Positions 36,896 to 47,394 of a stretch of 64,000 bases of DNA are shown here, in pieces. Source of the DNA: an uncultured Planctomycetia bacterium (GTDB lineage Bacteria > Omnitrophota > Gorgyraeia > 2-01-FULL-45-10 > JAHFGN01). The DNA lies in NCBI GenBank assembly GCA_964354545.1, contig CAYHAE010000001.1, positions 65,190-129,189 of the forward strand, read 5' to 3'. A model generated the notes under the pieces. It was given only the letters and a program-made list of their open reading frames with translations. It ran no database searches and was not told where the DNA came from. A program made the position numbers and the translations under genes. Within the stretch, counting starts at the first letter, position 1, and the number at the start of each line of letters is the position of its first letter.

Positions 36896-38673
36896 GAAAA
36901 ATATTGCATTGCTTGTTGATTTTATATCTGGTATGTGCAAATTCTGTATATGCACTGCAGAAAGGCAATGCAAAGCCGGGTGAAACAATAAGCATTGACC
37001 CCGGCAAGACTACAAAATCGTATGTCAGTGATAAGCTAGGGGAGCCATATCTCATTAAGACGATAGATGGTAAAGAATGCTGGTTTTTTGAGAGCGGCGA
37101 TAATAAGACACAGCCATTTTTGGTTAATGAAAAGACGGTTATATTTATTCAGTTTAACGACAAAGGAATAGTTGAAGATAATTACAGCACAACAGAGAGC
37201 GGTATTCCTCACATAAAAACAAAATCATTGGAGCAGGTCTTGAAGGAGAAGAAAGAGGAAGAAGAAAAGGATGCAAGATGGAGGCAAAATCGCAATACTT
37301 ATGGAAAGCCAGACCAAGAGTCTCGTGATGGAACAGGCGAAACGTGGTATTACATTATAAGCAAAGAACCGACCGATAAGAAAGACACGAATAAGGTGAA
37401 GATGAAGGCAATACGGTTTGACAAATCTGGTAATTTTGTGAAAGAGTGGATGACAAATGCAGTGCTATTTGAGCGAGCACTTACATCAGAAGAGCAGAGC
37501 AACTTCGATGGGGATAGTATACTTAAAGAAGCTCGTCTCCAGACGAGAGAGGCGGTTCGAGACTTGGTTATAGGCGACGCTAATGCCGCCTATAAACAGG
37601 GCTCCGATTTGAATGATGCGAAGCGATATGACAAGGCTATCCCGTGGTTCAAGAGAGCATTAGAACTTAACCCGAAACTTGCTATGGCACATCTGGGGCT
37701 GGCATTTGCTTATCAAAATACCAATCAGAGGGATTTATCCATTCAGTCTTATGAGAATTTTATTGAACTTGATCCAACCTATATGGCGGCATATCTGAAT
37801 CTATCCGCTCAATATATGCTAAAGAACGATATATACAAAGCATACAAGTGCCTCAAAATGGCTCAAACATATAACCAGAATGATAATACCGTAAATAATG
37901 CTATTAAGGCGTTAGAGGGAAGGTACGGAGTGGCCTTGGCGGTATCGGAGCAGGTAGAAAAAGACAAATCTCACTCACAGGTTATTCAGGCTGGCAATCT
38001 TGTATATGTGGGACCTTCATATTATAAAGAAGGGCAGGTTCCTATAACATCTACTGAACAAAAAGTTTTTGATGAGTATAATAGTTTTATCAAAGAATTA
38101 GAGAAGACCAAGCCCCTCGAAGCAGAAGGAAGGAAAATGGTACAGGAAAAGTTTATATCGTTAGCAAATAAATACAATATGACACAACAGAATCTAACAT
38201 TATTATTACTCAAGATCGCATACAGAGAAATTCCACCAGATACTTATGTCCCACCATCAGAAAATCCTATTGATACGAACGATGTAAACAAGGATAAATA
38301 CGAGGCTATGACACCTGAGGAACGAACAGCAGTTGTGAAGGATTGGAACGCAGAAACAGACTCTGAAAAGCTTCAGCAGAAAGCTCTAACGGCTGAAGCA
38401 AGAGGTGATTACAAGAATGCCATGAATTCATATAAAGAGATATTAACATTAAAAGAGATACAAGATGATTTAGTGCCTATGATACACTCGGGATTGCAGC
38501 GGTGCTATGAAAAATTGAAGGATGCAACCAATGAGAAAACGGAATTAACCTGGATTAATGATTATGTACTTGCTCCCGCAGGTAAGTATAATCATATGGT
38601 TAAATATTTTACAAATACGGTAAAGAACTATCTGAGAGAAAGAATGGCAAGGTATGGCATAAAGCCGAATTAG
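36892..38673 (+). CDS. Exported TPR-repeat protein
   Basis: Signal peptide; AIPWFKRALELNP, AHLGLAFAY, FIELDP repeats. Confidence 0.85.
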   Translation: MRKILHCLLILYLVCANSVYALQKGNAKPGETISIDPGKTTKSYVSDKLGEPYLIKTIDGKECWFFESGDNKTQPFLVNEKTVIFIQFNDKGIVEDNYSTTESGIPHIKTKSLEQVLKEKKEEEEKDARWRQNRNTYGKPDQESRDGTGETWYYIISKEPTDKKDTNKVKMKAIRFDKSGNFVKEWMTNAVLFERALTSEEQSNFDGDSILKEARLQTREAVRDLVIGDANAAYKQGSDLNDAKRYDKAIPWFKRALELNPKLAMAHLGLAFAYQNTNQRDLSIQSYENFIELDPTYMAAYLNLSAQYMLKNDIYKAYKCLKMAQTYNQNDNTVNNAIKALEGRYGVALAVSEQVEKDKSHSQVIQAGNLVYVGPSYYKEGQVPITSTEQKVFDEYNSFIKELEKTKPLEAEGRKMVQEKFISLANKYNMTQQNLTLLLLKIAYREIPPDTYVPPSENPIDTNDVNKDKYEAMTPEERTAVVKDWNAETDSEKLQQKALTAEARGDYKNAMNSYKEILTLKEIQDDLVPMIHSGLQRCYEKLKDATNEKTELTWINDYVLAPAGKYNHMVKYFTNTVKNYLRERMARYGIKPN

Positions 38674-38709
38674 CACCCCTTGCAGCTTATCGTTTTATAG
38701 CGTGACCCA

Positions 38710-38757
38710 GAAACCTCCGGGACGTTTACACGTTCCATCCCAGATCCACCCCCGAAT
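38710..38757 (+). repeat. Cassette-boundary element R4
   Basis: cctccgggacgtttacacgttccatcccagatccacccccgaat. Confidence 0.8.
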
Positions 38758-38845
38758 GCCCATCGCTTGCTAATTCTTTCCCCCCGGAGTATAATGTGTA
38801 CGCGCCACAGATGACCAGTGCGCATATCAAAAAAAGGGGGATCGC

Positions 38846-40519
38846 ATGAAACGATTGGCCGCCACTATTTTAATATTGTTCTTTTGTTCGAAGACCGCAG
38901 TATGTCAGACAGAAGAGGGCGTCTCCTCTACCATCAAGGCAGTGACGCTCTTTCCCTATCAGGCCCTTGTAAGCCGGGAGGCGTCTCTCAAGGTGGGCAA
39001 GGGGCCCCAGAAGGTCCTTCTCGATGTCCAGGCGTTCAACGTCGACAAGGACTCGGTCTCGGCGGCGGTCTTCGGCGACGGAGAGGTCGTGGGAGTCCAG
39101 CTCAAGGACAAGTACCTCACCGAGATGCCTCAGCCGGCGATCAGGGAGCTCGAGAAGAAGCTCGAGGAGCTGAAGGATTCGCGCAAGGCCTTAGAGCGCG
39201 CAAGGACCGTCTCCGCGAAGAAAGAAGAGTTCCTCGACGGGATCGTGAAGTTCTCTCAGGTGCAGGTGCCCCAGGAGATGAAGACCTCTTTCCCCAAGCC
39301 CGAGGACCTGACCAATACGCTCACGTTCCTCGGAACGAACTTCACGCAGGTCTACAAAGAAAAGGACGGTCTGGATATTCAGCTTCGGGAGATGGACAAG
39401 GAGATCGAGCGTGTCGCGAATGAGCTCGAGGCAGTCCGCGGCCCTGCCGACAAGGCCAAGAAAGTCATAGAGATAATATTCGATTCCAGGAAAGAGCAGG
39501 AGATCAGGATCGACGCGAGCTACCTCGTCTCGTACGCGGGGTGGGAACCGCTCTACAGGGCCGATGTGCCGGAAGGCCTCGGCACGATCGGGCTTACCAT
39601 GTTCGCCTCGTGCGGCCAGACGACGGGCGAGGATTGGAAGAACGTGCGGCTTACCCTGTCGAATGTCGCGCCCCTTATGGGGGGCGGCCTTCCTGATCCG
39701 GGCATGTGGGGTATTTCCATCGTACCAAAGGCCCCGCCGCCGTCCCGCTCGAGAGAGATGGCCATGTATAAAGCCAAAGCAGTGGTGGCGGATTATGCGA
39801 CAGCGGATTCCGAGGCGGGTGGCATAGGAGGAGCCGAAGAATATCCGGTTAAAGAAGAGGCGTCATATGCAGTCGCCGGACGCGCGGAAACGCCGCTCTC
39901 GTTCGAATACCTCCTCCCCCAGGCCCTCGATATCCTCTCGAGGGAGGAGCACTCGATCCTGCCCGTCATCACGAAGAATATAAAAGGCGAATATTTCCAT
40001 TTTTCGGCACCCCAGATAAGCTCGCTCGTCTTCCTCGTGTGCAGGGCGCAGAGCGACCGCGAGCTTCTCAGCGGCATGCTCAATATCTATTTTGGAGGAA
40101 GGTTCGTCGGCAAGGTGACGCTCGACGAAAAGAAGCCGGGAGAACCGTTCGACATCCCGCTCGGCGCAGATCGGCAGGTCACCGTAAAGCGCGAAAAGGT
40201 CCTGGATAAGAAGGACGAGACCTTCATCGGAAAGATCGAGCGGATGACGGTGATACGCACGATGGTCTTTAAGATCACGGCAGAGAACGCGAAGGACAAA
40301 CCGGCGACGCTTCTCCTGATCGATTCGGTCCCCGTATCCTCCACCGATAAGGTCGTCGTGAAAGACGTGAAATTCTCCATCCCGCCCTCCGAGAAGGATC
40401 ATCTCGGCAGGGAAGGTGTCATGCTCTGGAAGATCGCCCTCGGGCCGCGCGAGACAAAAGAGCTTACCGTGGAGTTTACGGTGACGTACCCAAAGGATGA
40501 GACCATCGCCGGCCTGTGA
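38846..40519 (+). CDS. DUF4140/DUF4139 (mucoidy inhibitor MuiA-like) exported protein
   Basis: IKAVTLFP.QALVSR; AGWEPLY; QTTGEDWKNV.LTLS; IDSVPVS. Confidence 0.88.
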   Translation: MKRLAATILILFFCSKTAVCQTEEGVSSTIKAVTLFPYQALVSREASLKVGKGPQKVLLDVQAFNVDKDSVSAAVFGDGEVVGVQLKDKYLTEMPQPAIRELEKKLEELKDSRKALERARTVSAKKEEFLDGIVKFSQVQVPQEMKTSFPKPEDLTNTLTFLGTNFTQVYKEKDGLDIQLREMDKEIERVANELEAVRGPADKAKKVIEIIFDSRKEQEIRIDASYLVSYAGWEPLYRADVPEGLGTIGLTMFASCGQTTGEDWKNVRLTLSNVAPLMGGGLPDPGMWGISIVPKAPPPSRSREMAMYKAKAVVADYATADSEAGGIGGAEEYPVKEEASYAVAGRAETPLSFEYLLPQALDILSREEHSILPVITKNIKGEYFHFSAPQISSLVFLVCRAQSDRELLSGMLNIYFGGRFVGKVTLDEKKPGEPFDIPLGADRQVTVKREKVLDKKDETFIGKIERMTVIRTMVFKITAENAKDKPATLLLIDSVPVSSTDKVVVKDVKFSIPPSEKDHLGREGVMLWKIALGPRETKELTVEFTVTYPKDETIAGL

Positions 40520-40549
40520 TCTTAGCCACCTGCGCGGTGGGCATGAATA

Positions 40550-41206
40550 ATGGCGAGGCTTATGGTGAAATTGATCATATTTGACTTGGACGGAACGCTT
40601 GTCGATGCGTATACGGCGGTGCAGAAGAGCCTCAATTTTACATTGCGGAAATTGGGATATCCTGCAGTGGGCCTCACGGCCGTAAAGAGGTCAGTGGGGT
40701 GGGGAGATAAGAACTTCCTGAAGAGGTTCGTGCGCCCGAAAGATTCCAAAGACGCGCTCGCGATCTACCGCGCCCACCATAGCCCGTCCCTCCTCCGCTA
40801 CTCGAGGGTCAAGCCGCACGCGCTCAGGATCCTTGCGGCTCTCAAGAAAAGAGGGTGCCGGCTGGCGATCGCGAGCAATAGGCCTGTAAAGTTCAGCTCT
40901 CTCCTTCTGCGGCACCTGGGGTTGAGGAAGTATTTTGACCTCGTGGTATGCGCGGAGAATAGAGGCGACATCAAGCCGAAGCCGCGCCTCTTGCTCAAGG
41001 CGCTCCGGAGGTTCAAGGTAGACAGGGCCGACGCCCTCTACGTAGGGGACATGGTGATCGATATGCGCGCGGGAAGGAACGCGGGGATACGGACGGTCGC
41101 GGTCACAGGCGGGTCCTCTTCCCGGAGAGAGCTCGAGCGGACGAGGCCGTTCAGGATAGTGTCAAGACTCCCGGACGTGCTTTCTCTCGCGCAAGAAGCA
41201 CAATGA
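40550..41206 (+). CDS. HAD-family hydrolase (phosphoglycolate phosphatase-like)
   Basis: FDLDGTLVD, ASN, KPKP, YVGDM.ID. Confidence 0.9.
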   Translation: MARLMVKLIIFDLDGTLVDAYTAVQKSLNFTLRKLGYPAVGLTAVKRSVGWGDKNFLKRFVRPKDSKDALAIYRAHHSPSLLRYSRVKPHALRILAALKKRGCRLAIASNRPVKFSSLLLRHLGLRKYFDLVVCAENRGDIKPKPRLLLKALRRFKVDRADALYVGDMVIDMRAGRNAGIRTVAVTGGSSSRRELERTRPFRIVSRLPDVLSLAQEAQ

Positions 41207-41282
41207 GCACGCGCGATGATTCTCTTGCACCGCATGGGGTATATTGATATAATAGTGACGAAGAGAGACTAAAGATAAGCCG

Positions 41283-41642
41283 ATGAAAAAGACCATCCTC
41301 GTCATAGTCATGTTATTCGCAGCATCCTGCGTCTTTGCGGAAGGGCTGGACACATTGATCGAAGTCGGGGAGAGCCAGAAGGCGATCGCGAAGGAGCAAG
41401 AACAGGAGACGAAATCTTTCGAAGCGGTGAAGAGGGCGATCGAGAGCGGCAAGATCAAGGAAGGACAGCCCAAGGGTTCGATACGTGACGGGTACGGCGA
41501 GCCCGTGATCGTCACCCGTGAGGCGGGTAACAGAGAAAAATGGGTCTATATGCCCGCGGCCTCCACATTCTTCAAGGGGGTCAAGGTATACTTATTCTTT
41601 GACGAGAGCGATCGGCTGACTGAGATCAAAGTTACGACGTAA
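41283..41642 (+). CDS. Exported hypothetical protein (SmpA/OmlA-like tail)
   Basis: Signal peptide; YGEP...EKWVY...YLFFD. Confidence 0.7.
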   Translation: MKKTILVIVMLFAASCVFAEGLDTLIEVGESQKAIAKEQEQETKSFEAVKRAIESGKIKEGQPKGSIRDGYGEPVIVTREAGNREKWVYMPAASTFFKGVKVYLFFDESDRLTEIKVTT

Positions 41643-41770
41643 ACGATGATGACTCATCGTGTATCGGAACCCCGCCTGATAAATCTATCCATAGACATAT
41701 CCGTAATAATAATTTCTAACAACACAGATAACACGACCACCTTTTTTCTCAATAGCGGAGAACGTATCTT

Positions 41771-42565
41771 GTGAAATCGTTTTTATTGGTAGTTTTTTAT
41801 GTGGTCCTCTTCTTGGTCGCCGTGCGATATATCGAAAGCCGCAGCATCTATTTCCCGATGAAAGGCCTTGAGCTCACCCCGCAATCGGCGGGGTTGGCCT
41901 ACGAGGACGTCTATTTTAAGACGTCCGACGGAATACGGCTAAACGGCTGGTTCATCGCGAGTCCCCAGGCGAGATTTACGGCCGTCTTCTGCCACGGCAA
42001 CGCAGGGAATATCGGCCATCGGCTGGAGAAGATCTCGATCGTGCGCGATCTTGGCCTTAACATATTCATCTTCGATTATCGCGGGTATGGGAAGAGCCAG
42101 GGAAGACCGTCCGAGAAAGGGTTATATAAAGACGTACGCGCCGCCTACGATTATCTCGTGTCGGCGCGCAAGGTCCCGAAGGACACGATCATCCTCTACG
42201 GCGAATCTATCGGCGGCGCCGTTGCGATCGACCTTGCGCACAAGGTGCCTGTTAGGGCCCTCATCACTGAAGAAACCTTTTCATCGATCAAAGACATGTC
42301 CGGGATCGCATACCCGTTCATTCCGTATTTTATATTCTCAACACGCTTTGATTCCGTTTCCAAGATAAAGGATGTGAAATGCCCCACGCTCATCATCCAC
42401 AGCGTCGATGACGAGATCGTGCCCTATAATTTAGGCAGAAAATTGTATTACGCGGCGCGGCTGCCGAAAAAGTTCCTCGAGATAAGGGGCGGCCACAATA
42501 CCGCGTTCCTCGATTCGGAGAAGCAATTCCGGGAAGGCATTAAGGCGTTTTTGGACAGTCTGTAA
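41771..42565 (+). CDS. Alpha/beta hydrolase (ABHD/BEM46-like)
   Basis: HGNAGNI, DYRGYG.S.G.PSE, GESIGG, DEIVP, GGHN. Confidence 0.92.
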   Translation: MKSFLLVVFYVVLFLVAVRYIESRSIYFPMKGLELTPQSAGLAYEDVYFKTSDGIRLNGWFIASPQARFTAVFCHGNAGNIGHRLEKISIVRDLGLNIFIFDYRGYGKSQGRPSEKGLYKDVRAAYDYLVSARKVPKDTIILYGESIGGAVAIDLAHKVPVRALITEETFSSIKDMSGIAYPFIPYFIFSTRFDSVSKIKDVKCPTLIIHSVDDEIVPYNLGRKLYYAARLPKKFLEIRGGHNTAFLDSEKQFREGIKAFLDSL

Positions 42566-42567
42566 AA

Positions 42568-42606
42568 GGGGACAGGCGTGATCTTAAAAATGAAAACGTC
42601 CCAGAG
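42568..42606 (-). repeat. Cassette-boundary element L3
   Basis: ggggacaggc...aaaaatgaaaacgtcccagag; reverse complement ctctgggacgttt matches the R element start. Confidence 0.65.
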
Positions 42607-42624
42607 AAATGCGAAGGAGGGTGT

Positions 42625-43083
42625 ATGAAAAAATATCTTATTATGCTGCTCCTTTTATTCCTTAGTACGCAGGCGCTCGCGTACCGGTTCGAAGAATATG
42701 AGTGGGGTTCGCTCTTAAGAAGGGTCCACGAAAAGGTGAAGGATAAGAAGAACGTCGCCGTTGAAAAGAACCGCATTACGTATGACGATAGGATCGCGGG
42801 CAGTGAGTGCAAGGTGGTCCTCGCGTTCACCCCGGAGACGGAGATGCTTGCGCGCATAACGTTGGAATGGAAGACCGCCTACCCGGGGGATAAAGTGCTG
42901 AAGTATGTCCTGGAAGACAATAGTGTTCCGCACCACAGGGATGATTTCTCAAAGAAGTACACGTGGGGAGGGTCTGATTCAGATAATAGGATCGAGCTCG
43001 ATTACGGCTCGGGGAAGACGGTGCTCACCTATTATGGCGGCGAGTTTTGGAGAAGATTCCAGGAAGAAAAGACGGATAAGTAA
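42625..43083 (+). CDS. Exported hypothetical protein
   Basis: RBS ggagg, signal peptide MKKYL...ALA. Confidence 0.75.
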   Translation: MKKYLIMLLLLFLSTQALAYRFEEYEWGSLLRRVHEKVKDKKNVAVEKNRITYDDRIAGSECKVVLAFTPETEMLARITLEWKTAYPGDKVLKYVLEDNSVPHHRDDFSKKYTWGGSDSDNRIELDYGSGKTVLTYYGGEFWRRFQEEKTDK

Positions 43084-43092
43084 CGGATGTCC

Positions 43093-43572
43093 TTACGGTT
43101 CCTTCGAATAACCGCTTGCATCGGTTCCCGGCGGCTGGGCCGGGGGGGCCGGGGGTTTTTCCGGTCCTTCGGTCCGCGGGCGGTACGGCATTGCTTCCGG
43201 TGACGGCTCCGGAGGACGCGGCGCCGCCGCTTTCTTGCGAAGCTCGGAGAGTTCACGCTCCAGCTCCTTTATCTTCCCCTCCTCATTCGTGTTGAGCTTC
43301 TCCAGCCTTTCGACCCTGTCTTTTAGCTCAGAGGCCTCATCTTCCACTTTTCCCGCGCGCTCATCGGCCTGCACCCTCAGCTTATCGGACGCCGCAAGCT
43401 TATCCGCGGACGCTTTCAGCTGTTGATCCCTCTGGGCAAGGAGATTTTTGTTCTCTTCAGCCTCTGCGAGGAGTTTCTTGATCTTCTCCTCAGAAGTGCT
43501 CTGGAGCGCAAAGAGTATTCCCATGCCGCACAGCGCCAATCCAATGAAGATCACGATATATATCACTATCAT
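43093..43572 (-). CDS. Membrane-anchored coiled-coil protein with Pro-rich tail
   Basis: N-terminal TM, heptad region, PPEPSP tail. Confidence 0.7.
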   Translation of the reverse strand: MIVIYIVIFIGLALCGMGILFALQSTSEEKIKKLLAEAEENKNLLAQRDQQLKASADKLAASDKLRVQADERAGKVEDEASELKDRVERLEKLNTNEEGKIKELERELSELRKKAAAPRPPEPSPEAMPYRPRTEGPEKPPAPPAQPPGTDASGYSKEP

Positions 43573-43864
43573 TTCACCATTCCTTCTTTTGTTATGGGCC
43601 CGCGCCTCCCGGTGCTCGTATATATGATATCATGCGCATGCAAAAAAGGCAAAAATATTTCTTAAGTGCACGATGTACCCCTTACACGTCCGAGCCTGCG
43701 CAATAATCATTTGTCTTTAAATATCTTTAATGTTATTATGGTACCGTTCCGCGTCACACTACGCGTGGCGCGATACGCGTTGCGTATGGCGCGAGGGCGG
43801 GGGAACGCGCCTCGCAGGGGGACGGAGCGCAGGCTAAAGGGAAAGCAGGATAACAGGGCCCGCA

Positions 43865-45130
43865 ATGAAAAAGATCATCTTTCCGATCGCTACGGTATTC
43901 CTTGCCGCGGCCGCGGCGGCCCTCATCGCCGAGGCGGCCCTGAGGGTCTATGGCCTCTTCGACAAGAACAGGGGCCTCAAGAATTGCATGGGCGACATCA
44001 ATAGGAAATACTGCTTTTCCTTCAAGCCGAACAGCCGTTTCCGGCTCATCGCGTCGAAAGGCGGCGAATATAACGTCGCCGTGAGGATCAACAATTACGG
44101 CTTCCGCGGCAAAGACATCTCGAGGGAGAAGAAAGAGGGGACCGTGAGGATACTGGTGATGGGCGATTCCTTCACCTTCGGGGTGGGGGCGGAAGAGGAC
44201 GAAACGATACCCTCTTTGATCGAACGGTATCTCAACGACGAAGGGATACGCGCGGAGGTGATCAACGCCGGCTTCGGGAACTATTCACCGCTCCTGCACT
44301 ACGTGAAGGCGCGGGGAGAGTATGCGGACTTTCACCCGGATATCGCCGCGTACTTTTATGACTTCTCGGACCTCGCCGATGATTGGCGCGGGGAGAGGAG
44401 CCTCGTGTACGATAAGTCAGGCCGGATCGCGCGGTGCGACCCCGCATTCACCGACGGAAAGTTCGATTGGTGGAAGGCCGCGCGGATGAAGAGCCGGCTC
44501 TGTTCGTATATCCACAACAAGGTGATACGGCTCGTCGAGAAGATACGGATACTCGGCCTCGGGACCTACCTCAAGGCGAAGATGGAGGGGAAGCACGCGA
44601 AGGCCCTCATCGTGGACAGGGAGAGGAGCGGCGTCAATCCGATAGAATTCGACGGATACCTCATGATACGGGGGAGGGACAGGCTGCCTTTGATAAAAGA
44701 TCATTTCACCCGGAGCGAAAAGTACCTGGATCTCCTGAAGGGCGTCTTCGCCGCACAGGGCTCGCCGATGCTCCTCGTCATCTACCCTTACGGCATCCAC
44801 GTCGGCCCCCGGCAGTGGGGAAAGGGCCGGACGTACTGGGGGTTTGAGGAAGGGAGGGTGTACGATGATCATTATGCCTTTGACATCCTGGAAGACTACG
44901 CGAGGAGGAGCGGACTTCCGTGCATCAATCTCCTGCCGGATTTTTTGGCGAACAGGGATACGGGGCTCTTCTTCGACCTCGACGGCCACTTTACCCCTGC
45001 GGCGAACAGGATCGCGGCCCGCGCCGTCGTGAACAACGCCGCGTTCAGAAAGGAGATCTCGCGCGTACTGGGGCGTGACGTATCGGCGAGCCGCCGGGAG
45101 GCAGAGCCGGCGCGGACGACGGAACGATAG
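43865..45130 (+). CDS. SGNH/GDSL hydrolase-family protein
   Basis: INNYGFRG, MGDSFTFG, EVINAG, DGHFT. Confidence 0.88.
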   Translation: MKKIIFPIATVFLAAAAAALIAEAALRVYGLFDKNRGLKNCMGDINRKYCFSFKPNSRFRLIASKGGEYNVAVRINNYGFRGKDISREKKEGTVRILVMGDSFTFGVGAEEDETIPSLIERYLNDEGIRAEVINAGFGNYSPLLHYVKARGEYADFHPDIAAYFYDFSDLADDWRGERSLVYDKSGRIARCDPAFTDGKFDWWKAARMKSRLCSYIHNKVIRLVEKIRILGLGTYLKAKMEGKHAKALIVDRERSGVNPIEFDGYLMIRGRDRLPLIKDHFTRSEKYLDLLKGVFAAQGSPMLLVIYPYGIHVGPRQWGKGRTYWGFEEGRVYDDHYAFDILEDYARRSGLPCINLLPDFLANRDTGLFFDLDGHFTPAANRIAARAVVNNAAFRKEISRVLGRDVSASRREAEPARTTER

Positions 45131-45186
45131 AGGGCCCTGTGAAGGGCGGCGGGACAGGGATACATTAAAAAAGGAGGGCAGTGAAG

Positions 45187-45876
45187 ATGGGAAAGTTTTT
45201 CGTGGGGGCGGCAGTGTGCGTTTCTTTGTTTTTTGGCATGGCAGGCGCCGGGCTGGCAACGACGAACGACGCGCTTGAGAGCCGGATGAACGAGTGCGCG
45301 TATGTGTTGGACGAGATAATGATGATGCCCGAAGAGGGTATCCCCGAAGACCTCCTCGCGCAGTGTGAGGCGATAGGGATCTTTCCCTCGACGATAAGCG
45401 GCGGCTTCGTATTCGGGGGACGGTTCGGCCAGGGTATCGTCGTCGCGCGCGACCCGAATACGAGGAAGTGGGGAGCCCCCGCATTTTTTACGATCGGCGG
45501 CGCGAGCTTCGGCTTCCAGATCGGAGGCCAGGCGACTGACCTTGTCTTTGTCGTAACGTCGAAGAGGGGGATCGACGGCCTCCTCCAGGATAAGGTGACG
45601 CTTGGAGGCGATGCGGCCGTTGCGGCAGGGCCCATGGGAAGGAAGGCGGAGGTGGCGACGGACGTGCTGTTGAAATCGAACATACTCTCGTATTCGAGGA
45701 GCAAGGGCCTCTTTGCCGGCGTCGCGCTCCAGGGCGCTATCGTCGCGGCGAACAAGGATGACGACAGGGCGCTCTACGGCGAAGGTATCACCACCGAAGG
45801 AATATTCAACGGGAGAGTAAAACCGACCAAAGAAGCGGCGAAGCTCATTGCGACACTGAATAAGTATGCGCCGTGA
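45187..45876 (+). CDS. Ysc84/SYLF lipid-binding protein
   Basis: GGFVFGGRFGQG, GGASFGFQIGGQ.TD, YSRSKGLFAGV.L.G. Confidence 0.92.
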   Translation: MGKFFVGAAVCVSLFFGMAGAGLATTNDALESRMNECAYVLDEIMMMPEEGIPEDLLAQCEAIGIFPSTISGGFVFGGRFGQGIVVARDPNTRKWGAPAFFTIGGASFGFQIGGQATDLVFVVTSKRGIDGLLQDKVTLGGDAAVAAGPMGRKAEVATDVLLKSNILSYSRSKGLFAGVALQGAIVAANKDDDRALYGEGITTEGIFNGRVKPTKEAAKLIATLNKYAP

Positions 45877-45885
45877 GGGAGGCGT

Positions 45886-47394
45886 CTATCCGGCGGGAGG
45901 CGCCTTGGCCGGGTGTTCCGGCAGTCGTCCGATCCAGGTCCCTGTCGCCGCATAGTGCCACTCGAGCTCCGCGACCGCAGGAGGCGCTGTTTCAGCGCCC
46001 CGTATGATGAGCCGGTCAGCGGGCGCCATCTTCTTCACCCACGGCTCAAATGACTTATCTGCGCCGAAATTCCACTGGATCTTCCTGTAGATGGCGAGGT
46101 CTTCGAGAGGCATCATCGTCGGCTCAAAACCGAGGATGTAGCGCCAGGGCGCATGGGGATTTTTGAAGAACGTCTGGTAAAATACGCTCATGTCGTTGCT
46201 GTAGATGATCCCGCCCGGGCCGGGAAGCCACTGCGCCTGATCCGGATCATCCTGAGAAAGGTATTCGGTAGAGAGGTTTGCGGTCCAGCGGCTTGAGTAA
46301 TCGCACGTGGTCGCGATGAACAGCGTCCCGGAGACGGCCGCTGCGAGAAAAAGCCGGCGCCAGGATATAAGGTCCACAGTGCGCTCGACGGCCTCCTGCA
46401 ATTCCTGCCCCATCCACACCGCGAGCGCAACCATCCCCCAGTCGACCCAGAAACGTTCAGCAACGAAACCCAGTACCCACCCCGATGCCGCGAGGATAAA
46501 GACAGGGTTATCGATCCTCTTCGGGTCCCAGGCGCCCCGGATGCGGCGCCACGCCACCATGAGGAAGACCGCGATCACGACCACGGCATCGCCGAAGAAA
46601 GGCTGGAACTCGCTCACGAGCGTGCGCTGGAGCTGATGGCTGCTGAAACTGCGCAGCGTGTGCAGAAGAGTATCGCGGAGGAATAGATACGGGTGCCCTG
46701 TGAGAGATGAGCCCGCGAGCACGCCCAAAGCCACGCAGACCCCTACATGTATACCGGCCCGCCATTCCCGCGCGATGAGGAAGCATATCACGGGCAATGC
46801 AAACAGGTGCCAGCTGCCATGGATCCAGGTCGAGGCCGCTATCAAGATCGCGAGGGACATCATGGCGACGAGGGACGGACGTTTATTGCGGAGGCGCGGC
46901 CACAAAAAGCAGAGCACGAGCGTCACGGCCATGGTGAGGATGTAGGGCCTGCCCTTTAAGAGGCGCATGGGGAAGCCGGGTTTCATTACGGAGATCGCGA
47001 GCAGCGCGAGGGGCCACGCCTCGATGCGGCGCAAAAAGAACATAGGCACGACGCAGAAGACGAGGAAGAGGAAGATGACGGAAAAGGTCACCAGGCCGTC
47101 GGCCTGCACCCCTGCGCAGCGATGGACGAGGCTCAATAGGATATGCCATCCGGGGTGGCTGTCCATTGTAATACCCGGACGGAGCACGAGGATCTCGTTC
47201 CAGCTCTTTCCCGATACGGCCTTCGCCGCATGCCGCAGCGCATCATCGATGGGAAGGAACCCGTATCCGATCACTTTGAGCGGGATGAGGAGCATTGTCG
47301 CGGCCACAAGGCACACCACAAGGAGCGGGATAAAGTCCGAGCCTGCGCTCGCCAGGCCCGCCGGGCCGCCCTGTCGCGCACATTCCTTTTTCAC
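45886..47394 (-). CDS. Polytopic membrane protein, possibly GT-C glycosyltransferase-like
   Basis: Many TM helices; acidic PIDDALRH after the first TM. Confidence 0.65.
   Translation of the reverse strand: MKKECARQGGPAGLASAGSDFIPLLVVCLVAATMLLIPLKVIGYGFLPIDDALRHAAKAVSGKSWNEILVLRPGITMDSHPGWHILLSLVHRCAGVQADGLVTFSVIFLFLVFCVVPMFFLRRIEAWPLALLAISVMKPGFPMRLLKGRPYILTMAVTLVLCFLWPRLRNKRPSLVAMMSLAILIAASTWIHGSWHLFALPVICFLIAREWRAGIHVGVCVALGVLAGSSLTGHPYLFLRDTLLHTLRSFSSHQLQRTLVSEFQPFFGDAVVVIAVFLMVAWRRIRGAWDPKRIDNPVFILAASGWVLGFVAERFWVDWGMVALAVWMGQELQEAVERTVDLISWRRLFLAAAVSGTLFIATTCDYSSRWTANLSTEYLSQDDPDQAQWLPGPGGIIYSNDMSVFYQTFFKNPHAPWRYILGFEPTMMPLEDLAIYRKIQWNFGADKSFEPWVKKMAPADRLIIRGAETAPPAVAELEWHYAATGTWIGRLPEHPAKAPPAG

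Noticed and set aside
33680-38757. CRISPR array or integron attC sites
   Set aside because: Units are degenerate and lack unique spacers; no cas or intI genes; no RYYYAAC...GTTRRRY cores seen.
44417-45484. 355-aa minus-strand ORF
   Set aside because: Overlaps the well-supported SGNH and SYLF genes on the opposite strand.
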